From: Octopus bimaculoides
Lineage: Eukaryota
Assembly: GCF_001194135.2 (NCBI RefSeq)
Contig: NC_068999.1
Span: forward strand, 31,141,719 to 31,205,718
Reading direction: 5' to 3'
DNA: 64,000 bases
Below the pieces are notes generated by a model. It saw only the letters and a program-made list of their open reading frames with translations, was not told the origin of the DNA and did no database searches. Every line of letters starts with the position of its first letter. Within the stretch, counting starts at the first letter, position 1. Made by a program: the position numbers and the translations under genes. Shown here one piece after another: positions 50,520 to 61,803 of the stretch.

Positions 50520-51120
50520 GAACGTATTTCTGTCTCTATGCCTTATTCTTTTTCTCTCTATCTATTCCTCTCTCGTTCTTTTTTATTCAGCTATTCTTTC
50601 TCTCTTACTCTATTTCTATCCCATCAATTTGCAGTCTCTCTCATCTCCTCTCTTTCCCTCCCTGTCTCTGTTCCCCCCTCTCTCTCTCTCTTTCTGGATA
50701 TCACCATGTCTCTCTGTGACTGTTGTCTCTTACTCAGTCATTGATTTTACTTCCCTCTCACTTACACTCTATATGTCTACCAAACTGTCTCTTTCTCTAA
50801 CAGTGTTACTTAGCCATAATTTCTCTCTTACTCATTCTCTCTCTCTCACCCTCTCTCTTTCTCACCCTCTCTCTCTCTCACCCTCTATCTCTCTCTCTCA
50901 CTTCGTCTAACTTTCTGAAACTGGTTTAATTGTTTTCCTTCTCTCTCTTTCTCTCTCTCTCTCTCTCCCACTTTCTCTCTTTTTGCCTTTTCTTACTTTC
51001 TCTCCATACACTCTAATTTTTTCTCTCTTTTCTTCATCATCTGACTAATTATTTATTTCTCTATCTCATACTCTGACCACTACTCTACAAATTCTTTCTC
51101 TCATTTCATTCATTTCACAC
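50520..51120 (+). repeat. (CT)-rich low-complexity tract
   Basis: Direct reading. Confidence 0.85.
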
Positions 51121-51399
51121 AACCACTTTCCCTCCAACATTCCTAATCACTTCCTGCATTCTCAACACAGAAATGTTGCAGAATCTTCTAGATTGGGACC
51201 TTGTTCCTCAAACTGTAAGGATGAAGACCTTGACATCACTCATAAATATATCACATTGGCAAAATAGGGCTGACAAACTCTGATTTTATCAATGTAACAA
51301 TAGCTTTGGGATTTACTAATTCTCTCTTCTACTCAGTTCATCAATCTCTGGTTGGCTCAGATACAATGGCACTTCTTTTTATGAGATATACCAAGTAAC

Positions 51400-51900
51400 A
51401 CTCTCAGCTGCAAGACTTTTCCATGACTCTGCATTAATGCTGAAGAGTTATAGGGTGGCCTTGAAAGCATCCTTATTGTATCTGCACTGTCTACTGACCA
51501 CCAACTAACATGTTACAAAAGATCTTTGTCATCTATTCTAACAATATGACCAGACCATGGCAGTTGAGATTTGAACTTGAGCGTGTAAATGTTGGACAGC
51601 ACTGTAAGTGTGGTCCCCATGTCTGGGATCTTGTCCCACCTATAAATTTTCGGCATTTGTGCAGACAGGTCAGGTAGAATTTATTGAACTTTCAAGCACT
51701 TGATATGAACAGTCCATATCTTATTGGCAAACAACAAAGTTCACAGAACAGTAATTCTGTAAACCTTCAATCTGGTTTATAAATTGAGACTCATCCTTGT
51801 CTGAATGATCTTGTGAAGTCTACTGAATGTAGTGCCGACTTTGACAATTTTGTTAGTGACTTCATCAACAATGTCAGCAATTTTTGAGAGAGTTGCTAAG
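51400..51900 (-). mobile_element. Old RTE-clade (BovB-like) C-terminal remnant
   Basis: DEVTNKIVKVGTTFSRL, TRLKVYRITVL.TLLF, WDKIPD, SQLPWSGHIVRIDD. Confidence 0.7.
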
Positions 51901-51965
51901 GCACATGAACTTGTCAATAATTAATGATCAGTAGCTTGGGGTATGTGGAGACACATGGGGGTAGG

Positions 51966-52200
51966 TGGAGGCACATGGCTTAGTGGTTAAGGTGTTGCAC
52001 TAATGATTGTAAGACTATGGTTTCAGTTCCTGGATTGGATGATGCATTGTGTTCTTGAACAAACACTTCTTTTCATGATACTCCAATTCACTTGGCTGGC
52101 AAACATGTGTAATCCTGTGACTGATTGGCATCCCATCCAGCAGGGAATACATATGCCACATGATCCAACACGTTGAACTGCTCTTATAAGCCTCTGATTT
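51966..52200 (+). mobile_element. V-domain-like SINE, second copy
   Basis: ggaggcacatggcttagtggttaagg..gcattgtgttcttgaacaaacactt..gactgattggcatcccatccag. Confidence 0.65.
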
Positions 52201-52494
52201 GAGGAGGACCTTTCATCCCTTTTTGTTTTGACATTGAGGTAGGATAGTGTCAAATGGTGTACAATTGTATAGAATGAAGTAGTTGGTATAGAAAAGTGTG
52301 GAAATTTGTTAATGGTGTAGAATGATGTGGAAAGGCCTAGAAAAGTAAATAATGGTATAGAAGTTTGTGGAATTGCTTAGAGGTTTGTAGAATTGTAAAG
52401 AATTATGGGAAAGGTGTAGAAAATGCTTATTAATGTAGAATGATGTAGAATGTCTTGAGCTGTTGGATTAAGTTCATTTAGTCAAAAATACCTG

Positions 52495-52625
52495 TTATGT
52501 CCCACATTATGACAATGTATTTCGTTGTCTCTGCAGGACTAGCCTGAACAGTGTACCTTGCTGACTGACTTTACCTACTGTGTCAGTGCACTGTTTATTA
52601 GTAGTGGACCAACCCACTTTTCATT
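52495..52625 (+). repeat. About 130-bp repeat, second copy at 54612-54790
   Basis: ccacattatgacaa.gtattt..tctctgc.g.act.gcc..aacagtgtacc...ctgactgac..tac.actgtgtcagt..act.tttattagtagtggacca.cccactt. Confidence 0.8.
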
Positions 52626-53759
52626 GGGGGTGTCTGCCACACCACCTCCCCACTTTCAGATTTTATTGTTTTTTAACCCAACATTTTTTCCTTTCAACAC
52701 AACATAATTTCTTTTTCTTCTAACCAGAATTATTTTTCTCTTATTTAGATTTTTTCTTGTTCCACACAGAATTATATATATATATATATATATATATNNN
52801 NNNNNNNNNNNNNNNNNNNNNNNNNNNNNNNNNNNNNNNNNNNNNNNNNNNNNNNNNNNNNNNNNNNNNNNNNNNNNNNNNNNNNNNNNNNNNNNNNNNN
52901 NNNNNNNNNNNNNNNNNNNNNNNNNNNNNNNNNNNNNNNNNNNNNNNNNNNNNNNNNNNNNNNNNNNNNNNNNNNNNNNNNNNNNNNNNNNNNNNNNNNN
53001 NNNNNNNNNNNNNNNNNNNNNNNNNNNNNNNNNNNNNNNNNNNNNNNNNNNNNNNNNNNNNNNNNNNNNNNNNNNNNNNNNNNNNNNNNNNNNNNNNNNN
53101 NNNNNNNNNNNNNNNNNNNNNNNNNNNNNNNNNNNNNNNNNNNNNNNNNNNNNNNNNNNNNNNNNNNNNNNNNNNNNNNNNNNNNNNNNNNNNNNNNNNN
53201 NNNNNNNNNNNNNNNNNNNNNNNNNNNNNNNNNNNNNNNNNNNNNNNNNNNNNNNNNNNNNNNNNNNNNNNNNNNNNNNNNNNNNNNNNNNNNNNNNNNN
53301 NNNNNNNNNNNNNNNNNNNNNNNNNNNNNNNNNNNNNNNNNNNNNNNNNNNNNNNNNNNNNNNNNNNNNNNNNNNNNNNNNNNNNNNNNNNNNNNNNNNN
53401 NNNNNNNNNNNNNNNNNNNNNNNNNNNNNNNNNNNNNNNNNNNNNNNNNNNNNNNNNNNNNNNNNNNNNNNNNNNNNNNNNNNNNNNNNNNNNNNNNNNN
53501 NNNNNNNNNNNNNNNNNNNNNNNNNNNNNNNNNNNNNNNNNNNNNNNNNNNNNNNNNNNNNNNNNNNNNNNNNNNNNNNNNNNNNNNNNNNNNNNNNNNN
53601 NNNNNNNNNNNNNNNNNNNNNNNNNNNNNNNNNNNNNNNNNNNNNNNNNNNNNNNNNNNNNNNNNNNNNNNNNNNNNNNNNNNNNNNNNNNNNNNNNNNN
53701 NNNNNNNNNNNNNNNNNNNNNNCAAACACACACACACACACACATATATATACATATAT

Positions 53760-53912
53760 ATACGACGGGCTTCTTTCAGTTTCCATCTACCAAATCCACT
53801 CACAAGGCTTTGGTCGGCCCGAGGCTATAGCAGAAGACACTTGCCCAAGGTGCCACGCAGTGGGAATGAACCCGGAACCATGTGGTTGGTAAGCAAGCTA
53901 CTTACCACACAT
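53760..53912 (-). mobile_element. SINE head half, low divergence
   Basis: acgacgggcttctttcagtttcc..gacacttgcccaaggtgccacgcagtggga.tgaacccggaaccatgtggttggtaagcaagctacttaccacac. Confidence 0.9.
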
Positions 53913-54099
53913 AGTATTATTATTATTATTATTATTTTTTGTTCCACACAAAGCCATAGTTTTTTTTTTTTTTTCAAAATGCCGCAGGTAGTACCAAGTC
54001 TACATTATTACTGGTAGCACTATTCTGTATAGCGACCTGACTTACAAATACTTCGAATGGACTTATTATTATTTTTATTTCCACACAGAATTATTTTTC

Positions 54100-54420
54100 A
54101 CCTTGTGTAGTTCAGTTCTGTGTAGAGTTCCAGTTTTATCAGACATTTTTTCTTCAGGATCATTTTTTTATATATATTTTTTACTGTGTGTATATTACTT
54201 TTCATCGTGTGTAGTTCAATTCTGTGTTAGCATTTTATTTTTCTTCAGAATATTTTTTTCAAATACTTTTCACTGTATGTATATTACTTTTCACTGTGTG
54301 AAGTTCCATTCTGTGTTAGAGTTCTAATTTTGTCAGACATTTTTTCTTCAGAAGCTTTTTCTTTCTTTTTTTTTTTATATATTTTTCACTGTGTGAAGTT
54401 TAATCCTGTGTTAGAGTTCG
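54100..54420 (+). repeat. Degenerate tandem repeat, about 90-100-bp units
   Basis: Recurring tgtgt(g)aagtt..ttctgtgttagagtt..tcagacattttttcttcag..tttttcac. Confidence 0.65.
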
Positions 54421-55497
54421 AATCCTTCAAACTTCCTTTCATTGTTCTTGAACATAGGTCTTCCATTTCAACACTCCTACGAGCATTCGTAACCTCATTA
54501 CCATTGTTATAACAACACTGTTATACAATGGGAGGTATCTTCGTCGCCATTGTTATGTCCTGCTACTACATAGTGGTAGCTGTGTGAGCTATGAATCCTC
54601 ATCACCACTGTTATGTTCCACATTATGACAACGTATTTTGTCATCTCTGCGGCACTGGCCCAAACAGTGTACCCCACTGACTGACATTACTGACTGTGTC
54701 AGTCTACTATTTATTAGTAGTGGACCATCCCACTTCTCATCTGGACCAGCCCACTTCTCACTTGGACCAGCCCACTTCCCACCACAACCATACCCATTTG
54801 ACCAAACAGGAAATTGGAAGATTCACTGGTTGTTGTTATTGTGGTGATGGTGGTATAGTAGAAGTATTAGTAATGATGACAATGATGATAGTGGTAGTGT
54901 GAATGATGCTGGTGTTGATGGGGGTAGCAATTCTTGTGGTGATGATGATGATGATATCCAAAAGAGAATCAAACAAAACAAGATATGAGAATTAATGACA
55001 CAAAAAAACAGGTGCTGAAATTTCAATTAAGGATGGTTATACAATTCACATGAAACCCTTAATAAAGTTCTGATAACAATCTGATATGATTGATTTGTCT
55101 GTGATGGTAGATGGTAACAAGGTGAAATGACAATGCCAGCCAAGGAAATAGTAATTAGAATATTATTCTGGATATATGACAGAGATATCACAGTTTGAGA
55201 TCTTTACAGCTGTAGAAGTCTCATAGCTTGTATTACATTTTATGTCAGATCAAACATGTGTCTGTTCTAATGTTTATCTTGAACAAAACATTTGATAAAT
55301 CTGTGTCGAAATGGTTTACTTAATTATGATAATATATGCATATATATATATATATATATANNNNNNNNNNNNNNNNNNNNNNNNNNNNNNNNNNNNNNNN
55401 NNNNNNNNNNNNNNNNNNNNNNNNNNNNNNNNNNNNNNNNNNNNNNNNNNNNNNNNNNNNNNNNNNNNNNNNNNNNNGTGTGTGTGTGTGTGTATGC

Positions 55498-55526
<29 letters not shown>

Positions 55527-55528
<2 letters not shown>

Positions 55529-56788
55529 CAGAGTGTGTAAGGTATTTGAGGACATACCTTTTTGGGTCATTGTTGTATTCTTTGCTAACTTTGTATAATC
55601 TTTGTTTCAGAAAATAATAATGACAGACCCTCAGCATGCTCAAGAAATGAAGAGGCATGCTGTTATTGTGATTATAAAGGCTGAGTATAGCGATTTAGAA
55701 ATATCTCGATTTTTATAAGTTGCCAGATCTTTCGTCTACAAAGTTTGTAAAGAGCTACAGACTGAAGATGGAAACATATCACCAGTATCAAAGCATAAGA
55801 CACATTCTATACACTCCAAAATCATCAGAAAACCTGAATTTATCCAGCGAGTTCAACAGATCATTGATTACTATCCCAGAAAGTCCATGAGGCCAATTGG
55901 AAAAGATTTCCATGTGTAAGAAGGAACAGTCAGAAATGTTGTCCATGGTAACATCAGATATAAGTCTTATATGATGAGGAAAGGTCAGTTTCTCAGAAAA
56001 AGCAAAAGAAAATCACTACATCAGATCTAAAAGGCTCTTAAACAAACTTAAAAATCCAGCAGGAGATTTGATTCTTTTTTTCTCAAATGAGAAAAACTTC
56101 GACCAAGATCAAAAAGTTAACAGAAGAAATGACAGATGGTTATGTGCAGACCCTTTTGAAGTTCTAAGTGTTATGCATACAAAATTTGCTGCAACTGCCA
56201 TAGCTTTACGGGTAGTCAGCAATGAAGGAAAAAGCCTTAGAGTTAACTCTGCCACCTACATTGAGGTCCTGGAAATAATTGTTAAGCCCTGGATAGACAG
56301 TCTATGCAATGAAAAGCCATGTGTGTTTCAATAAGACTCTGCATTATCACACATGGCTCTAGTAACACAGGAATGGATGGCTGAATATTTTCATGATCAC
56401 ATAACCCCTAATATTTGGCCTCCTAATTTCCCAGATCTTAATCCATTGGACTATTACATATGAAGCATTGTTGAGAGAGAGGTCAATGAACATGCCCATA
56501 ACACCAAAAGTTTTTTGAAAGCTGCCATAGTCAGAGTAATGTCCAAAATGAACCAGGACCACTTGATTCGAGCATGTAGATGATTTAGATCTCATATAGA
56601 AGCAGTTGTTGAAGCTGAAGCTGGCATTATTGAATAACATTATAGAAAAGAAGGTTTATTTTTATCCTCATAGCATTTTCTGATAAATTAAGTTATTATC
56701 TGATAAATTTGATAAATTAAGTTATTATCTGTTATTATATATCTGTTCTTTTATAAACATCAATCAAGTCCTCAAATATCTTATGCAT
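55527..56788 (+). mobile_element. Near full-length maT/DD37D-like transposon, inactive
   Basis: 5' TIR cagagtgtgtaaggtatttgaggac after TA; 3' TIR remnant gtcctcaaatatcttatgca; FFSNEKNF, VFQ.DSA, WPPNFPDLNPLDY, AVVEAEAGIIE*. Confidence 0.88.
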
Positions 56789-56900
56789 GAGGCAAGTGAA
56801 GTTGTTGTCCTGGCCGATGACAGTACCACCTGATTGGCACCTGTGCCGGTGACACATAAGAAGCACCATCTGAGTGTGGTCGATGCCAGTACTGCCTGTG
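56789..56900 (+). mobile_element. RTE 3' UTR module fragment abutting the maT 3' TIR
   Basis: gaggcaagtgaa..gtgccggtgacacataagaagcaccat..tgccagtactgcctg. Confidence 0.7.
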
Positions 56901-56958
56901 GTTTGATTGTAAATGGTCTATTTCTAGAATAATGGACGTCCACTTAGTGGTCATCCCT

Positions 56959-57011
<53 letters not shown>

Positions 57012-57039
57012 ATATATACAGTTTAAATATAGATTCAAG

Positions 57040-57316
57040 GTTGAATATGGTACTTATGCGTAGGCACCCAAATATCGTATCCCAAAAGGATAGGTGATCA
57101 AAATCAAAAAATAAGCAACACGGATTTCAAAGGTGATTGCAGTACGCACGTTTCATGCTACTCCAATTTATTTAAGTAATGCGAGCATTACATTAAATGC
57201 AATATGAAGAGCAATCTTCAGCTGCATGAAAATGCAGAAAATTACTGTAGAAAAGACATATTATAAATGTGGCAACATTTCAAATCCAAGTGGGAGAGAG
57301 AATACATAAGTCCATC
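57040..57316 (-). mobile_element. Penelope-like pseudo-LTR family copy
   Basis: aaaataagcaaca.ggat..aggt.a(a/t)tgcagtacg..gtttca.gc.actcca shared with 45595-45710. Confidence 0.6.
57138..57226 (-). ncRNA. Type I hammerhead motif
   Basis: Minus: TGCAG-CTGAAGA-tTGCT..AGCAt-GAAAC GTGC GTA|CTGCA; perfect 5-bp stem I, U.U at the base of stem II. Confidence 0.65.
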
Positions 57317-57938
57317 NNNNNNNNNNNNNNNNNNNNNNNNNNNNNNNNNNNNNNNNNNNNNNNNNNNNNNNNNNNNNNNNNNNNNNNNNNNNNNNNNNNN
57401 NNNNNNNNNNNNNNNNNNNNNNNNNNNNNNNNNNNNNNNNNNNNNNNNNNNNNNNNNNNNNNNNNNNNNNNNNNNNNNNNNNNNNNNNNNNNNNNNNNNN
57501 NNNNNNNNNNNNNNNNNNNNNNNNNNNNNNNNNNNNNNNNNNNNNNNNNNNNNNNNNNNNNNNNNNNNNNNNNNNNNNNNNNNNNNNNNNNNNNNNNNNN
57601 NNNNNNNNNNNNNNNNNNNNNNNNNNNNNNNNNNNNNNNNNNNNNNNNNNNNNNNNNNNNNNNNNNNNNNNNNNNNNNNNNNNNNNNNNNNNNNNNNNNN
57701 NNNNNNNNNNNNNNNNNNNNNNNNNNNNNNNNNNNNNNNNNNNNNNNNNNNNNNNNNNNNNNNNNNNNNNNNNNNNNNNNNNNNNNNNNNNNNNNNNNNN
57801 NNNNNNNNNNNNNNNNNNNNNNNNNNNNNNNNNNNNNNNNNNNNNNNNNNNNNNNNNNNNNNNNNNNNNNNNNNNNNNNNNNNNNNNNNNNNNNNNNNNN
57901 NNNNNNNNNNNNNNNNNNNNNNNNNNNNNNNNNNNNNG

Positions 57939-58045
57939 CTCTTCATATTGCATTTAATGTAATGCTCGCATTACTTAAATAAATTGGAGTAGCATGAAAC
58001 ATGCGTACTGCAATCACCTTTGAAATCCGTGTTGCTTATTTTTTT
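57939..58045 (+). repeat. Near-identical inverted copy of 57105-57212 across the gap
   Basis: One visible difference (gaaacatgcgta versus gaaacgtgcgta); includes the 3' half of the hammerhead. Confidence 0.85.
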
Positions 58046-58064
58046 ATATATATATATATATATA

Positions 58065-58083
58065 CATGTAGATAGATAGACAA

Positions 58084-58180
<97 letters not shown>

Positions 58181-58185
58181 AATAT
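58065..58185. repeat. (GATA)n microsatellite
   Basis: Direct reading. Confidence 0.95.
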
Positions 58186-58199
58186 ATCTATGTGTGTGT

Positions 58200-58410
58200 G
58201 TCTATGTGTGTGTCTGTGTTTGTCACCCATCACCGGTTGACAACTGGTGTTGGTGTGTTTACATCCCTGTAACCTAGTGGTTTACCAAAAGTGACCAATA
58301 AAATAAGTACTGGGCTTAAGAAATAAGTCCTGGGGTTGATTTGTTTGACTAAATCCCTACATACTGAGCATGGCCGTAGTCAGATGACTGCAAGAGAATA
58401 AAAGAAAAAC
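58200..58410 (+). mobile_element. SINE tail half
   Basis: tttgtcaccc..ttgacaactggtgttggtgtgtttacatccctgtaac..aataagtactgggctt..ctggggttgatttgtttgacta. Confidence 0.8.
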
Positions 58411-58861
58411 ATAAAAGAATTAATTTCTTTCAAGTTTGCATTATCAGGTAAACAAAGTATTTTCTATTTACAATTTGAAAAGTATTTAAAAAAATGAAAA
58501 CTAATGAACAAATTGAGTGCAAAATGTAGTTTTTAAAAAACTTCAGTGTAATAATAGTCAATTTTGTTTCAGTTACTTTTATGTAAGTTTTTAGATATAT
58601 AAATTTGTGATATCAAAGTTTTGAAGTGTGAACTTATAGGCAATTAGTCTTTTCATTAAAATTGAAAATAAATAACTTCTTGAATATTTTAATTTAAACT
58701 TCTTTGTAAAAATAAAAAATGTAAAAGGGTATTTATTACTTGTTTAGTTTTCAAATTCTAACTTCAGCAGCAACATCTTAAGATTTTTGCTTCTTTTAAG
58801 AATATCCTAAGATTATTCTGCATCTGCATTTTTTATTCTAGTATGCATGTGTGTGTGTGTA

Positions 58862-59010
58862 CAGGCATGGCTGTGTGGTAAGACGCTTGCTTGCCAACCA
58901 CATGATTCCAAGTTCATCCCCACTGCATGGCACCTTGGACAAGTGTCTTCTACTATAGCCCAGGGCTGATCAGACCATGTGAGTGGATTTGGTAGATGGA
59001 AACTGAAAAA
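58862..59010 (+). mobile_element. SINE head half
   Basis: ggcatggctgtgtggtaagacgcttgcttgccaaccacatg..ggcaccttggacaagtgtcttctactatagcc..gagtggatttggtagatggaaactgaaa. Confidence 0.85.
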
Positions 59011-60429
59011 AGATTGAAAAGTCTGATAAATGGTTGGATGGTCATATCTAGAATATGTTTTGATCGATCTACTTGGTCAGGGTTAACTTGGGATTAAACC
59101 ACAACAACATAGTAAAATTTATTCTGTATGACAGTAGGGGCTGCTAAAGCAATAGGGTGCTGAATTAGAGTTTCTGCTATAATAGTATTTGAGGATTAAA
59201 TTTGAGGATCAAATAATGTAGGTACCAGTAATATACTGAGGTTTATTTCTTTATTTTTTTTATCAACAAATATTTAGTCTCATGCTTAGTAAGAATAAAA
59301 AAATAAAAAAGAAATCAAATCAATATTTCAAAGATGAAAATAATCCATTGTGGATGCTGATAACTGATATTAGTGACATGCTATGTCTTGAGGCATTACT
59401 GAAACTGAAGAAGATTCTTGCTAGAATCTTCAGATAAAGAGGGAAAAAATATAAAAGAAATAGAAATTCTATTTTCAGCAGCTTCTGCAATATAACAGCT
59501 TCAGTGAATATTAAAAGCTTTGATGAAATGAAATATTTATATAGAGGTTTGTTTGTTTCTTTCAGTTAGTCACTCTTACTATAACGATGAATAATGCAAA
59601 AAGATTTTATTAAAATTGTATATAACCAGATGTTGACAAGGTGACAAACAGTTCACAACTCTGCCAGCTCCAATAGATACTGCTAGAAATATGGAACCTG
59701 CAATTATTCCTTCACTTATCACTCTGCAGCCCTCTTAGCTTTAAATTTCAGCTATTTTGTATAGCATTGTGTGAGAGTGAATACCTCATTTTCAGTGACT
59801 TTATTTTCAATTTATCACACGATTACGATACATCATTCCCCTTTAGGTTAATGGCATTTCATTCACTTCCTTATATTTCTATCATGCAATTTCTTACTCC
59901 ATTCATCATTCTTATATCTCTTCCAAACTATTGGATTCTTCTCTGTTGCTATAGTAACTCACACCTAGTTCTTGTAACATTGAGGTTTAGTGATGAGCTG
60001 CATATAATCAAGAGCCATTTGATTTTATTTGAAAATATCCTGAATTTCTGATGTTCCTTAACTTCAGCAACTGCTGCCATCATTTCACTATTACTCATAC
60101 ATAAGGAATTCATATGTGGATTAACAATTCATGTGTTTTGGGTTCAAATCTCCTACAAATATTTCACTACCTCTGAGGCAGCACTCTTACCACATGAATC
60201 TCAGTTTACCTGGCTGTAGGTAACCAGAAATATACTTCCAGATAAAATTTTATCATATCTAAGCTAGATTCATCTCACAACCATTTCATACAGTAAGCTC
60301 TGCAATCAAGTATTGTATTTTAAATTAGATTCTAGGTTTCTAAACCATTTGTGACTGTTCAGAGGGCTATATTCTGAAAAAAAGCTCAAAAGAAAACTAA
60401 AAACCATACCATAAATTTACTATTAAGCT

Positions 60430-60750
60430 CAATTAAGCTCAACCTGAAGGGACAGAAAAAGTGTGCTATCAATGTAGAAACAGAGAGGTGACTGTGACAT
60501 TCACAAAGACATAAACAAATTGAAGTAGAAACTGGCTGGTCACATGGGTCGAATAATAGATAACAGATTTTAAGGTTAACCAACTGGACTTCTAGAAACT
60601 AAAAACAAAGCTATGGTCATCAATGGACCTAATTGACATCTTGACAAATTCAGACCATGGTTGTGGAGAAAAGCACAAGATCAATGCAAGTAGTAACTGC
60701 TGGTAAAGGCATATGTTTATTGAAGAGCAGGAAGATAATATTATTTCAAA
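60430..60750 (+). mobile_element. Old RTE-clade 3' remnant
   Basis: DINKLK.KLAGHMGRIIDNR....W..KAQD..W...KAY pattern of RTE C-termini. Confidence 0.55.
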
Positions 60751-60819
60751 GAACGGTTGACACAATCATCTAATGGTTGTAGAGACATCTTTTATATTTG
60801 AGTGAATCACAAGGGGTGA

Positions 60820-61085
60820 CTAACTATTGCACTAACGTTGTTAGGTCGCTCTGACTCCATTATATTTACACCAGCATTTCCAACATGATGATGAAGCTTC
60901 TACGTAATGCTAGAAATAGCAGCTCAATATCTCTCTGGTTTCTCTAATTTAGAAGATAAAGAAGGACATTATTGAATAATGTAGTCCTGGGTACATATAT
61001 ATAACAAAACAAAATATCTAGATGGTCAATGCTGGAGAGTCTTTGATCATAGATCAATCAGCACTGACCCAGAGCCAAACAATAA
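60820..61085 (+). mobile_element. Another short interspersed repeat (SINE-like), decayed
   Basis: gctagaaatagcagc also at about 16918; atctagatggtcaatgctgga..ctttgatcatag..cagcactgacc..gccaaacaa resembles segments near 30470 (inverted) and 59040. Confidence 0.45.
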
Positions 61086-61749
61086 CTATTATTTTCAATC
61101 AAGTAAGAAGCATTGGAATTTAAAACCTGTATAATGAATTTCAAGGGAATAACTTTTTTGATACCAACCCGCCTGAGACTGTTCTTTTAAAGGATCTAAC
61201 TTAAAACCTTCATTCAAAATTTCTTATTAATTAATGTTCTATGTTTCAGCTTAATTGACAATGTCATTTTGTTAAATTCTGCATTATTTTCAAAGTTAAT
61301 TGAAACAAAGGTAATGTATTTCAACAGAAATTTGGAAACAAAAGGGTTATGTAAAACAAATGACGTGATACATTCAGTTATTGACAGACAACTTATTCAT
61401 TTAAATCTGTAAATAACTTTATTGAGATAAAATCTTGAGAAAATTTTGAGAATATTAAAATATCTTAATTGGAAAGAAATGTAAATTTGATCTAACATGC
61501 TTCCCAGAGTGCTCTGAAATAACCTGTGTTTAACAACTGAGAATTGTTTAATAATTATAGAATGGAGAAATATTGTCATTGCCAAATTATCTGTGGCAAT
61601 TCACACAGACATCACTTCTGAGAAAGCAATTATCTATTGCAATGCGTTCATTTCCCGTATGTATCTAAGTACATATATTGTGCATGTATGAGTGAGCTGT
61701 GTGTTTTGTGTGTCTGTGATACCTATCTATCTATCTATATAACATACAC

Positions 61750-61803
<54 letters not shown>

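Noticed and set aside
51165-51225. Possible 44-nt exon (acceptor ctcaacacag, donor gtaagg)
   Set aside because: No homology signal or neighbouring exons; such sites occur by chance.
59403-59435. ctgaagaagattct tgct agaatcttcag as a hammerhead
   Set aside because: No GAAA follows the stem; it is a simple hairpin.
59400-60150. Possible ancient RTE RT N-terminal relic on the minus strand
   Set aside because: Similarity is too fragmentary to support by eye.
61150-61350. piggyBac-like MITE (taacttttttg..caaaagggtta)
   Set aside because: Termini are degenerate and TTAA target sites are not intact; it is probably a repeat but the class is unsupported.
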